From the IMG/VR virus record IMGVR_UViG_3300050196_000092, positions 1-25,518 of that record: a stretch of 25,518 nucleotides of DNA; one strand, written 5' to 3'. Each line of letters opens with the position of its first letter. Within the stretch, counting starts at the first letter, position 1. Positions 1 to 8,094 of the stretch are shown here, one piece after another. This DNA is from a virus (lineage: Duplodnaviria; Caudoviricetes). The notes under the pieces were generated by a model, which saw only the letters and a program-made list of their open reading frames with translations, was not told the origin of the DNA and searched no databases. Both the position numbers and the translations under genes were made by a program.

Positions 1-114
1 ATGTATATATTATCCCTTTCAAAAAAAAAGAAGTATAAGAATAAGTAAGATAAGGCGCGCGTTAAATAAAAAAGCATAAAAACATGGGAAAAAACAGACA
101 TTGCAAGTTAATGT

Positions 115-161
115 AAAAATGATCAAATAATGCAAAAATGATCAAATTACACAAAAATGAT
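115..161 (+). repeat. Three direct repeats of AAAAATGAT(CAAAT) with a 19-nt period
   Basis: AAAAATGATCAAAT at 115-128 and 134-147, AAAAATGAT at 153-161; related GATCAAAAT at 199-207. Confidence 0.85.
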
Positions 162-202
162 GTGGGGAGGACCAATATGTGCTACTATGTTGTTGTGGGA
201 TC

Positions 203-229
203 AAAATTAGTAAAATTAGTAATATTAGG
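203..229 (+). repeat. 9-nt tandem repeat x3 running into the RBS of the first gene
   Basis: AAAATTAGT (203-211), AAAATTAGT (212-220), AATATTAGG (221-229), then AGGGG-ACTAAA-ATG at 238. Confidence 0.75.
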
Positions 230-237
230 GGACTAAA

Positions 238-1473
238 ATGACTGTATCGTACTGGCCACCAACAGGTGGATCATGGGATGGTGGATTAGTAACAGGTGCG
301 ACAGAGTTTGCAAGCACGGTGCAGTTTGACAGCACTGTAACATATACTGGGACACAGTATTTCGCAAATTACGTGGAGTTTGGTGGTGCCGTACAAATAG
401 ATGATACGTTGACAATGCAAGACGCACCTATATATGTCACAGATGGATTTTTGTCACAGACCGAGATTAATACTAATTACGTATCAACAACAGTTGGATC
501 ATATGATGGCTATCCATCATACATATACAACAACCAATCAGCTGGTGGCGTTGGTAGTATCGATGTAACAGGATACTATTGGGCTGCCATGGGTGATGGT
601 GATGTGATGTGTATGACACAGGGTATTGATAACAGTCGATGTATGTCGATCGATTATGGCCCTAATATGGATGATCCTACGCAGGATGCATTACTACTAA
701 CTGCTAACAGAGGATTGGGTAATTATGGGATTATCCTGTATGGTGATGGTACATTTAGCATGTCTCTGTCCACCACTCTCAGCGTCTACCTATCGTCCGA
801 CAATGCTGGCAATGTAACATGTGGCAATGGATTGACAATTAATGGCGTAACAATTGCGTATAGCAATCTAGTTGTATATGGCACATCATTCTTTTTTGGT
901 GACATAATTGCTAGTGGTAATGCCTGGATATGTGGTGGTGCCCAGGGATCCGCACGACTAACAATTGACCAGTACAGTGCATTAGTAACTGATGGTGAGT
1001 CGACATTTAACGGTCCAACATTGGTATCCACGGGACTAGGCCTAACAACAAACGTAGGTGGGACAGGCGATGGCACATTACCAATGGTTGTTGCATATGA
1101 CCAAGGACAATGGACGCCAACTGTAACGCAAGTACTGGGCACACCAGTAATGGCATTGGACGTGACATATGCCGCATGGCAACGTGTTGGTAACAATGTA
1201 TCAGTAGCTATCCGTATGGACATTACACAGGATACATTATCATCACCAGAGGCACAGACCTATAATATTACTATGCCATTTGCCAATGCATTAGATGGAT
1301 CAGGATATTATTGCGCTGGTACATGTGCTATGATATCGGGATCATCATCGGCATCAATTGGATCTGGTTGCGTAATTGGACTTGAGTCTAATAGCATCAT
1401 AGTTGCAGCACTGACAGTCGATGGATCAGGATCATGTATATTTACGGCCAACGCAACGTATCAAGTATTATAG
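238..1473 (+). CDS. Tail fibre/spike-like structural protein (411 aa) with hexapeptide beta-repeats and a C-terminal receptor-binding-like domain
   Basis: G/S/T-rich; hexad repeats EFASTV QFDSTV TYTGTQ YFANYV EFGGAV QIDDTL; C-terminal GQWTPT...WQRVGNNVSV...ITMPF pattern typical of phage fibre tip domains; AGGGG RBS. Confidence 0.65.
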   Translation: MTVSYWPPTGGSWDGGLVTGATEFASTVQFDSTVTYTGTQYFANYVEFGGAVQIDDTLTMQDAPIYVTDGFLSQTEINTNYVSTTVGSYDGYPSYIYNNQSAGGVGSIDVTGYYWAAMGDGDVMCMTQGIDNSRCMSIDYGPNMDDPTQDALLLTANRGLGNYGIILYGDGTFSMSLSTTLSVYLSSDNAGNVTCGNGLTINGVTIAYSNLVVYGTSFFFGDIIASGNAWICGGAQGSARLTIDQYSALVTDGESTFNGPTLVSTGLGLTTNVGGTGDGTLPMVVAYDQGQWTPTVTQVLGTPVMALDVTYAAWQRVGNNVSVAIRMDITQDTLSSPEAQTYNITMPFANALDGSGYYCAGTCAMISGSSSASIGSGCVIGLESNSIIVAALTVDGSGSCIFTANATYQVL

Positions 1474-1482
1474 GGGATAATC

Positions 1483-1884
1483 ATGGCAATATTAGGTAAT
1501 ACAATTATATCGGTAATCGATCAGGATAGCAGCAGTGATTGGACATCTAATTGGGCTGTTACAACTGTATTGCAGACAATTACAGCATCCATTAGCTGGT
1601 CGGGCGCTGATCTCAAGGGACAATTATACATCGACTTGACCAATGCTACCGTTAGGTCTACAGGTGGATCAGGTGATGGTCTACAGACATATAGTAATAT
1701 CCTAACGCCAGAGTCCGCAGTACAGACAATTGTAATTAACCTGGCTGATGTTCCTGGTACAACTACATGGGCAGGCCGTATTGAGTCTGGATTTATGCTT
1801 TGCAGGTTGCGTTATGTAGCTGATACATTTGCGGCTGGTACTGGATCTATCAATGCCATTGTATTTGGCCAATCTTGGGGGTGA
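1483..1884 (+). CDS. Small all-beta virion protein (133 aa), putative decoration/structural
   Basis: AGGGG RBS; alternating beta-strand pattern (ASISWSG, GQLYIDLTN, CRLRYVA); located between fibre-like gene and TerL. Confidence 0.5.
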   Translation: MAILGNTIISVIDQDSSSDWTSNWAVTTVLQTITASISWSGADLKGQLYIDLTNATVRSTGGSGDGLQTYSNILTPESAVQTIVINLADVPGTTTWAGRIESGFMLCRLRYVADTFAAGTGSINAIVFGQSWG

Positions 1885-1887
1885 TAC

Positions 1888-2175
1888 ATGTCAGATAAGG
1901 ATTATACTAATAACGTTGCACAGGTCATAGATGCCACTGGTGACGCCGTTAAGGGTACTAATCCCTATCTGGTGTATTACATCATTATGGTATGTGCATT
2001 AATGGGAATCATGTATTTCCTGGCGATGATTGCTACTGGTCATTTTTCAAAAATTGAAGAAGGATTATCTAACAATCACGAGGATTTGTCTAGGATACAT
2101 GATGACCTATCAGACCTTACGGACATTTTAAAAGGGATTGAGTATGGGTCTGGATTTAATAAACAGCATCACTAG
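1888..2175 (+). CDS. Single-pass membrane protein with C-terminal coiled coil, holin candidate (95 aa)
   Basis: Hydrophobic YLVYYIIMVCALMGIMYFLAMIATG then heptads IEEGLSNNHEDLSRIHDDLSDLTDIL; GGGGGTG RBS. Confidence 0.45.
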   Translation: MSDKDYTNNVAQVIDATGDAVKGTNPYLVYYIIMVCALMGIMYFLAMIATGHFSKIEEGLSNNHEDLSRIHDDLSDLTDILKGIEYGSGFNKQHH

Positions 2176-3562
2176 ATATATAGATGATGAAACAGAAACA
2201 TCATCAATAAATTACACTATTGATCTGGATGCATTGTCATTTCCAGAGCAAATATCATTTATACTTGATACATCTCAGAGGTGCGTTGCATGTTGCTCTA
2301 GGCGTGCAGGTAAATCATATGGTGTAGCATTAAAGCTAATATACACATGCATAATGTATCCAGGATATGCCAATGTATATATTACCAAGACACGTGACGC
2401 AGGTAAAGATATATTATGGGATGTGTTAAAGCATATGGCTAACATCGTTGGTATCAGTCACAATGATAACAACATGGATTTAATCATGCGGTTCCCAACA
2501 CTTGGATCAAGCATCCACTTTGAGTCTGCAAATGACGAAAATGCCAAAGAAAAGCTACGTGGACGTAAGTTTAAATTAGCTGTAATTGATGAAGCACAGA
2601 TGTTTGGATCATATCTTTATGACTTTATCCAACAGGTACTTGACCCTACTGTACGTGGATGTGGTGGGCAGATCGTATTAACGGGGACACCTAACCAATC
2701 CATTAGCGGATATTTCATGGATTTGGTAAAAGAGGCACGTGTAAAAGTATTTAAATGGACTTGGAGGGATAATAAGTACTTTGTAGATGAGGCATTACGC
2801 AATACTCCATCATTAACATGTGCAGATGACATATTAAAACAAGCATTAATTGATTATAATTTACCAGTTGATCATCCTATTATCCAACGTGAGTGGTTTG
2901 GTAATCTTGTACGATCCGACAATATGAATGTATATGACTACAATGCAGAGCGCAATAGCAAACCTGTACCAACCAACAGAAATGCTACTTGGCGATATGT
3001 ACTTGGTGTGGATTTAGGATTTGAAGATTCAAGTGCCATCGTTGTTTTAGGATTTGATTTAACGAAAAAAGAATGTTACCTAATCGAAGAAACTAAATTT
3101 AATCACGTAAATATTACAGAGGTCTGTAACCGGATTACATCATTACATAAAAAATACAGCCCATATTACAGCGTAATGGATGCAGGTGCATTAGGTAAGA
3201 TGATCCAATCCGAATTAAACACACGTAATAGTTTCTTTTTGGACGCGGCTGAAAAGACACGTAAAGCTGAGTTTATTGCACTAGTAAATGATGAGTTTAG
3301 ACTTGGGCGAGTACATATACCTGATAGTAGTAATTTAGCAAAAGAAATGGTACAATTAGTGTGGAATGAAGACAAATACAACAAGGGTGTATACGTTGAA
3401 CGAGACGGATTAGATAACCACTTATGTGATGCATTTTTATACGCATTTCGTAAGGCACATCACTTCCTATCCAAAGAACCTGCACCTAAAATATCTAAGT
3501 ATAGTGAGCAATGGTTATATGATCAAGACCACCAACCGCCTAGAGATCCCGCATACGACTGA
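2144..3562 (+). CDS. terL: Terminase large subunit
   Basis: Walker A CSRRAGKS, LRG motif, Walker B AVIDEAQ, coupling motif LTGTP, RNase H-like nuclease GVDLGFED and DNHLCDA; ATG 2144 preceded by AAAGGG (track start is TTG 2138). Confidence 0.95.
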   Translation: MGLDLINSITRYIDDETETSSINYTIDLDALSFPEQISFILDTSQRCVACCSRRAGKSYGVALKLIYTCIMYPGYANVYITKTRDAGKDILWDVLKHMANIVGISHNDNNMDLIMRFPTLGSSIHFESANDENAKEKLRGRKFKLAVIDEAQMFGSYLYDFIQQVLDPTVRGCGGQIVLTGTPNQSISGYFMDLVKEARVKVFKWTWRDNKYFVDEALRNTPSLTCADDILKQALIDYNLPVDHPIIQREWFGNLVRSDNMNVYDYNAERNSKPVPTNRNATWRYVLGVDLGFEDSSAIVVLGFDLTKKECYLIEETKFNHVNITEVCNRITSLHKKYSPYYSVMDAGALGKMIQSELNTRNSFFLDAAEKTRKAEFIALVNDEFRLGRVHIPDSSNLAKEMVQLVWNEDKYNKGVYVERDGLDNHLCDAFLYAFRKAHHFLSKEPAPKISKYSEQWLYDQDHQPPRDPAYD

Positions 3563-3977
3563 GTTGATCGATATTGTCAATTATGGACAAGGACAATTCG
3601 TAGCTCAGAACTATTTCTACAATAACTTTTACAAGTGCTGTAAGTATAACAAGGCATTTGATTCGTACCCTGAAGAATGGGTGCACACGTTTTTAAACGA
3701 TCGTAAGACATACATCTATAACAACTGTAGCTGTGTCGCTTACGTGGATAAAGCCAACCCTGATATTGTTTTATCATTTGTATTTTACCGCAAGCATAAC
3801 GACAAACCTATTGTGTATTTCGCGTACACAAAGAAATCGTTACAGAATAATGGACTATTCAAGGGTCTGTTAAATTATTTGGGCCACGATGAAGGAGATC
3901 TTTTGACCGTATCATTTGTTGGTTTGTTACCAAGAAGTTTGTTAACTAAAATTATATTACTGAGGACGCCTGTATGA
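3519..3977 (+). CDS. GNAT-fold acetyltransferase-like protein (about 152 aa)
   Basis: IVLSFVFY...IVYFAYTKKSLQNNGLFKGLL resembles the GNAT beta4-alpha3 acetyl-CoA motif (Q/R-x-x-G-x); start uncertain, ATG 3519 preferred to 3426 because it gives a shorter overlap with terL. Confidence 0.55.
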   Translation: MIKTTNRLEIPHTTELIDIVNYGQGQFVAQNYFYNNFYKCCKYNKAFDSYPEEWVHTFLNDRKTYIYNNCSCVAYVDKANPDIVLSFVFYRKHNDKPIVYFAYTKKSLQNNGLFKGLLNYLGHDEGDLLTVSFVGLLPRSLLTKIILLRTPV

Positions 3978-4192
3978 TGGACAAGAAAGAAGTTATTAGA
4001 CTATTAAAGAGATTAAAGCATTTGCGTGTTAAATCATTTTCATTTGACAATTTATCCGTTGAGTTTTTTGAAGATGAATTGAAGAAACCAACTGTTAATA
4101 GCATTGAGCATATTGCACCAGTAAAGAAACAAGTGGATAGTGGATTGCCATCTTATGTCATGGAAATTATGGGCGAGGACTTTAAGCCATGA
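3974..4192 (+). CDS. Small hypothetical protein (72 aa) upstream of portal
   Basis: GAGG RBS, ATGA overlaps with both neighbours; amphipathic helix followed by a beta hairpin. Confidence 0.75.
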   Translation: MMDKKEVIRLLKRLKHLRVKSFSFDNLSVEFFEDELKKPTVNSIEHIAPVKKQVDSGLPSYVMEIMGEDFKP

Positions 4193-6093
4193 GAGAACAA
4201 AAAACTGTAAGTGTTGAGAAGACAGCATCTTATGGAAATAAGAAGTGGTGGGAGAATTCGGGTAAGGAGATGGCTAGCAGTGTATTTGCTGAGGCTATGA
4301 CTATCCAAAGTAACTATAGCTTTTTCTACCGCAACATGTTGTTAAATCTATCCGTATATAATTCATCACAGCCATCATGGTCTAATGGGTTTTTAGCACA
4401 TTCCGGTATGGGGGATGCACTACGTCTTAATGCTAACTACACATGCTCTGCTGTCGACACACTTGTGTCTAAGATCTGTAAGCAGACACCAACTATCCAG
4501 TTATTAACTGTGGATGGCGATTACAAGCAGCAACAAAAAGCCAAGAACTTGGGTAGATTTATCGAGGGAAGATTTCATTACGAAAAGGTTGATAAGATTG
4601 CCGAGAGAGCATTTTTGGAAGGGTGTATCAATGGTACTAGTGGCATCATCATGCGTATCAAAGAGGGTCGAGTAACATATGAGTTAGTCAGACCACAGCA
4701 AATGCGTATGTCTGTAGATAGTGCTATCGCGGATAAGCCAGAGTCATACCACTTTATTTTTTATCGTAACAGATACCAATTAGCACAGGAATATCCGGAT
4801 AAAGCTGTTGATATATTTAAAGCAGCTAACTCATATGATCTATTTGTTTGGGACCGTATGAGCCGCATTGACGAAGATGTTGTGCCAGTTATTGAATCTT
4901 ATTCCATGTTTTCGAAAAAGCGTGCGTTATGTGTCGATGGGTCATTATTGTTGGAAGAACCATGGGAATTAAAAAATGAATATGGAGAGATCATACCTCC
5001 AGTTGCATGGTTTAGGTACAAGCCATCTGACCGTAACATGTTTGGAAAAGGTCTTGTCGAAGAAGTCCGTACTCTACAATGGGAAGCTGATAAGATATTG
5101 CGTAGTGTTGCTAAGGCTACACACTTGGTATGTGTTCCTAAGATACTTGTTAATACATCTGCAAACCTGCTCCAATCAGAAGTTAACAATGAAATTGGAA
5201 GAATGAATTGGTCTGGAGAGATGCCTCCTCAACCATTCCAACTTGGTGCTGTGCCTAAGGACTATTACGAGCAGCTAGAATGGTATGCAGAACGGATTTA
5301 CGCCATTTCGGGTGTTAGTCAGTTGTCTGCTGTAAGTAAAAAGCCAGCTGGACTGGATAGCGGTAAGGCATTAGAAAACTATTATGACATCGAATCTGAT
5401 AGGTTTCAAAACACTGCTAGACAATTCGAAGAATTTTATTTGCAATTATATGATATTACTATACGTATTACTAAAATGATACCTGATAAAGCTGCTATTA
5501 ACTCCTACTATATCGGCAGGAATATGAAGAAGCAGATCGATTGGTCTGATGTTGATATGGATGCTGATCAATTGCGTATGGCAGCATGGCCTGTATCTGA
5601 CTTGCCTGATGAGCCTGCTGGTAAACTTGCATATGTCCAACAGATGATGGCATTAGGGATGATGGATCAGTCAGCTGCTTGGGGATTAATGGATCTACCT
5701 GATACAGATGCTTATAGCTCATTAGTGACATCACAGCGTAACTATGTCCTGAAACAGCTATCTGACATTGCTGATGGTGCGATTGTAATTCCAGAGATTA
5801 ATCAGGATCTAGAAATGGCATCTACACTAGCAAAACAAGCATATTTTGACTACAAATCTAAAGGATTGGGAGCCAAAGAGCTATTAAACATGTTGAATTA
5901 CATCCAACAAATTGATAATGTTAAGATAGAACAAATGGCTCAGCAGCAATTTTTGATGCAAGCTGCTATGGCCCAACAAACACAACAGATTGGAGCACAA
6001 AATGGATCAAACCCCAGCTACGGAACCAACAGTGGATACGGAATCGCCCCAGAGCCCAACGCAGCCACCATCTCAGCCCTTACCGGACAGTGA
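4189..6093 (+). CDS. Portal protein (634 aa)
   Basis: Position between terL and scaffold; size; motifs FGKGLVEEVRTLQWEAD, ISGVSQLSAV, SGKAL; Q-rich helical C-terminal tail as in P22-type portals. Confidence 0.88.
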   Translation: MREQKTVSVEKTASYGNKKWWENSGKEMASSVFAEAMTIQSNYSFFYRNMLLNLSVYNSSQPSWSNGFLAHSGMGDALRLNANYTCSAVDTLVSKICKQTPTIQLLTVDGDYKQQQKAKNLGRFIEGRFHYEKVDKIAERAFLEGCINGTSGIIMRIKEGRVTYELVRPQQMRMSVDSAIADKPESYHFIFYRNRYQLAQEYPDKAVDIFKAANSYDLFVWDRMSRIDEDVVPVIESYSMFSKKRALCVDGSLLLEEPWELKNEYGEIIPPVAWFRYKPSDRNMFGKGLVEEVRTLQWEADKILRSVAKATHLVCVPKILVNTSANLLQSEVNNEIGRMNWSGEMPPQPFQLGAVPKDYYEQLEWYAERIYAISGVSQLSAVSKKPAGLDSGKALENYYDIESDRFQNTARQFEEFYLQLYDITIRITKMIPDKAAINSYYIGRNMKKQIDWSDVDMDADQLRMAAWPVSDLPDEPAGKLAYVQQMMALGMMDQSAAWGLMDLPDTDAYSSLVTSQRNYVLKQLSDIADGAIVIPEINQDLEMASTLAKQAYFDYKSKGLGAKELLNMLNYIQQIDNVKIEQMAQQQFLMQAAMAQQTQQIGAQNGSNPSYGTNSGYGIAPEPNAATISALTGQ

Positions 6094-6724
6094 TGACAAG
6101 GCTTCCGAGTTGCAATTAAAGGACTTTTTAGAAAAAGGTCGCGAGAAATTTGACAGAGAAGCGAAATTGAAGGCTGAGTTGGCTGAAAAAGAAGAATTAA
6201 TCCGTACATTGCAGTCTGAAAAGACTAAATCTGTACCTGATAACAGTATGGAAGCAAAATTAAAGGAAAAAGAAGCTCTATTGGATCTTAAGGAATTCTT
6301 GATTGACAATAAAAGCAAGTATCCATTGATTAATGCTACTAATAACGCACTAAATGTCATTGAAGAAATGAAACGTTACTACGCTATCAACAAAAAAGGG
6401 CTAACTTTTAAGGAAGCATGTGAGTTGGTAGAAGAGCGTATTGAAGAATTTGAGGTCCAGAAGGCTGAAAAGTTAAAAGGAACCAAGCTATATGAGCGCT
6501 TGTATTCAGGTGTTAGTGCCAAGGAAGCTGCAGAATCAGCTGCTAAGGCCGCTAAAGAAGTATCGCAGCCTGAACCCAAGCCTGAAGTGACCGTTACTAA
6601 AGATCCATTTAGTGTTGTGGACCGTACTGTTAATAATCCTCATCCACGTGGAACACCTATGACTCGCGAAGAAGCACATCGTAAAGCCCAAGAAGCATAC
6701 AAGGCTTTCATCTCCAAAAAATGA
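6002..6724 (+). CDS. Capsid scaffolding protein (about 240 aa)
   Basis: Acidic P/T-rich N-terminus, E/K-rich coiled coils, C-terminal basic helix TREEAHRKAQEAYKAF; between portal and capsid; GGAG RBS before ATG 6002; overlaps portal by 92 nt. Confidence 0.8.
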   Translation: MDQTPATEPTVDTESPQSPTQPPSQPLPDSDDKASELQLKDFLEKGREKFDREAKLKAELAEKEELIRTLQSEKTKSVPDNSMEAKLKEKEALLDLKEFLIDNKSKYPLINATNNALNVIEEMKRYYAINKKGLTFKEACELVEERIEEFEVQKAEKLKGTKLYERLYSGVSAKEAAESAAKAAKEVSQPEPKPEVTVTKDPFSVVDRTVNNPHPRGTPMTREEAHRKAQEAYKAFISKK

Positions 6725-6728
6725 CGCC

Positions 6729-6757
6729 TTGTTTTTGACTATAAAAAGTATTAATAT
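6729..6757 (+). promoter_or_regulatory. Possible sigma70-like promoter upstream of the major capsid gene
   Basis: TTGTTT (6729-6734)-17 nt-TAATAT (6752-6757) in the only long (109 nt) intergenic gap of the head cluster; weak match. Confidence 0.3.
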
Positions 6758-6833
6758 ACCCAAAGCTATTATTTATACATGCCCAAAGCCAGGGTGGACA
6801 AAATCTTTTTTTCACATCTGGAGATATTATTAT

Positions 6834-8069
6834 ATGTCATCGATCAATATTGCCGACTACGTCGCGTATTTAAAACAGTATTACAACTCGTACTCCCCTT
6901 ATAACTTGACTTATAAAGCTGGTCCATATTATGCCATGCTAAATAAGATGACTCGTGCCGGTGGTAAAAATACCCCTGTACCGCAACAGTTCGGAAACAA
7001 CCAAAGCACATCGTCGAACTATACAGTTGCAAGCAACAGTGCTGGTTCGCCATTATCCTTAGCTGAGTTTTTGGTGCCTAGCTACCCAACTATGTACTCG
7101 TTATGTAACATCGACGAGCAATTAATTGCTGCTGGTCGCGATAGTGAATTTGCTTTTGCAAACCCATTGCAATTATCCATTGATAGCTCCTTACGTGAGC
7201 ATGGCAAAAAGATTGCTATTTACCTATTAGGTGATGGTTCGGGTGCATTAGCTACTGTACAATCGGTTAGCAGCAACACTGTATACTTGGTTGACCCTAC
7301 TCATGCTCGTCGTTTTAGTTTGAATCAGCAAATCATTACTAGTGGTACATTGTTTTCCTCGGCTCCAACCAACGTACAAACAGTTGTTGGCGTAAACGCT
7401 CAATTAGGGACCGTTACTTTTGATACTTTACCTACTGGTACAGTTGCTGGTTGGTACTTATTCAATAATGGTGACTATGCAACTAGCTTAGGTAACAAAA
7501 TCGTTGGATTCCAAGGCTGGATTCCACCTGTATTTACCGCTCCTTGGACTACATTATTTGGTGTGGACCGTACACAAGATGAGACATTATTAGCTGGTAT
7601 CCGTGTCAATGCATCCGGTTTAACAGTTAAACAAGCAATGATCCAAGGTGTACAAAACTTGGTAGCCAACGGTGCTGATGTATCGTCTGCGTTTAAAATC
7701 TTTATGCATCCAATCCAATACGCTGTATTATTGCAACAATTGGAAGGCAGCCGTGTGTATACACAATTAGATACGAAAATCGAAGGATTAGACGTGTCTT
7801 TCAAAGGTGTTAAATACGAAGGATCTGGATTTGACATGGAAATTTACCAAGATATGTGGGTAGATTCTGATAAAATCATGATCGCCGACTTTGATAAATG
7901 GCACTTTGAGAATACAAAACATGCTGTGATGATGACATCGGATGGCTTGGATTTGTTACGTTTGGAATCCCAAGATGCTGTACAGTTACGTATCCGTACT
8001 TATGGCCAACAAACTTGTTCGGCTGTAGCATGGAATGCGATTTGTTATGGTCTTACAACATCCGTTTAA
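6834..8069 (+). CDS. Major capsid protein (HK97-fold, with insertion domain; about 411 aa)
   Basis: GGAG RBS before ATG 6834; follows scaffold; LKQYY N-arm, long spine helix ending LLGDGSG, beta insertion domain, GFQGWIP..FGVDRT, MHPIQY, C-terminal RIRTYGQQTCSAVAWN. Confidence 0.85.
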   Translation: MSSINIADYVAYLKQYYNSYSPYNLTYKAGPYYAMLNKMTRAGGKNTPVPQQFGNNQSTSSNYTVASNSAGSPLSLAEFLVPSYPTMYSLCNIDEQLIAAGRDSEFAFANPLQLSIDSSLREHGKKIAIYLLGDGSGALATVQSVSSNTVYLVDPTHARRFSLNQQIITSGTLFSSAPTNVQTVVGVNAQLGTVTFDTLPTGTVAGWYLFNNGDYATSLGNKIVGFQGWIPPVFTAPWTTLFGVDRTQDETLLAGIRVNASGLTVKQAMIQGVQNLVANGADVSSAFKIFMHPIQYAVLLQQLEGSRVYTQLDTKIEGLDVSFKGVKYEGSGFDMEIYQDMWVDSDKIMIADFDKWHFENTKHAVMMTSDGLDLLRLESQDAVQLRIRTYGQQTCSAVAWNAICYGLTTSV

Positions 8070-8094
8070 TTAGCGGATAAAGGAGGACCTAATT

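Noticed and set aside
115-161. Direct repeats as a mini CRISPR array
   Set aside because: Units are 14 nt with 5-nt gaps, far too short for repeat-spacer structure; no cas genes
198-1850. Frequent GGATC(A) as a dedicated Dam or protein-binding motif array
   Set aside because: Nearly all are in-frame Gly-Ser (GGA TCN) and follow from avoiding GGT-TCN (TTC); counted under the GAA/TTC finding
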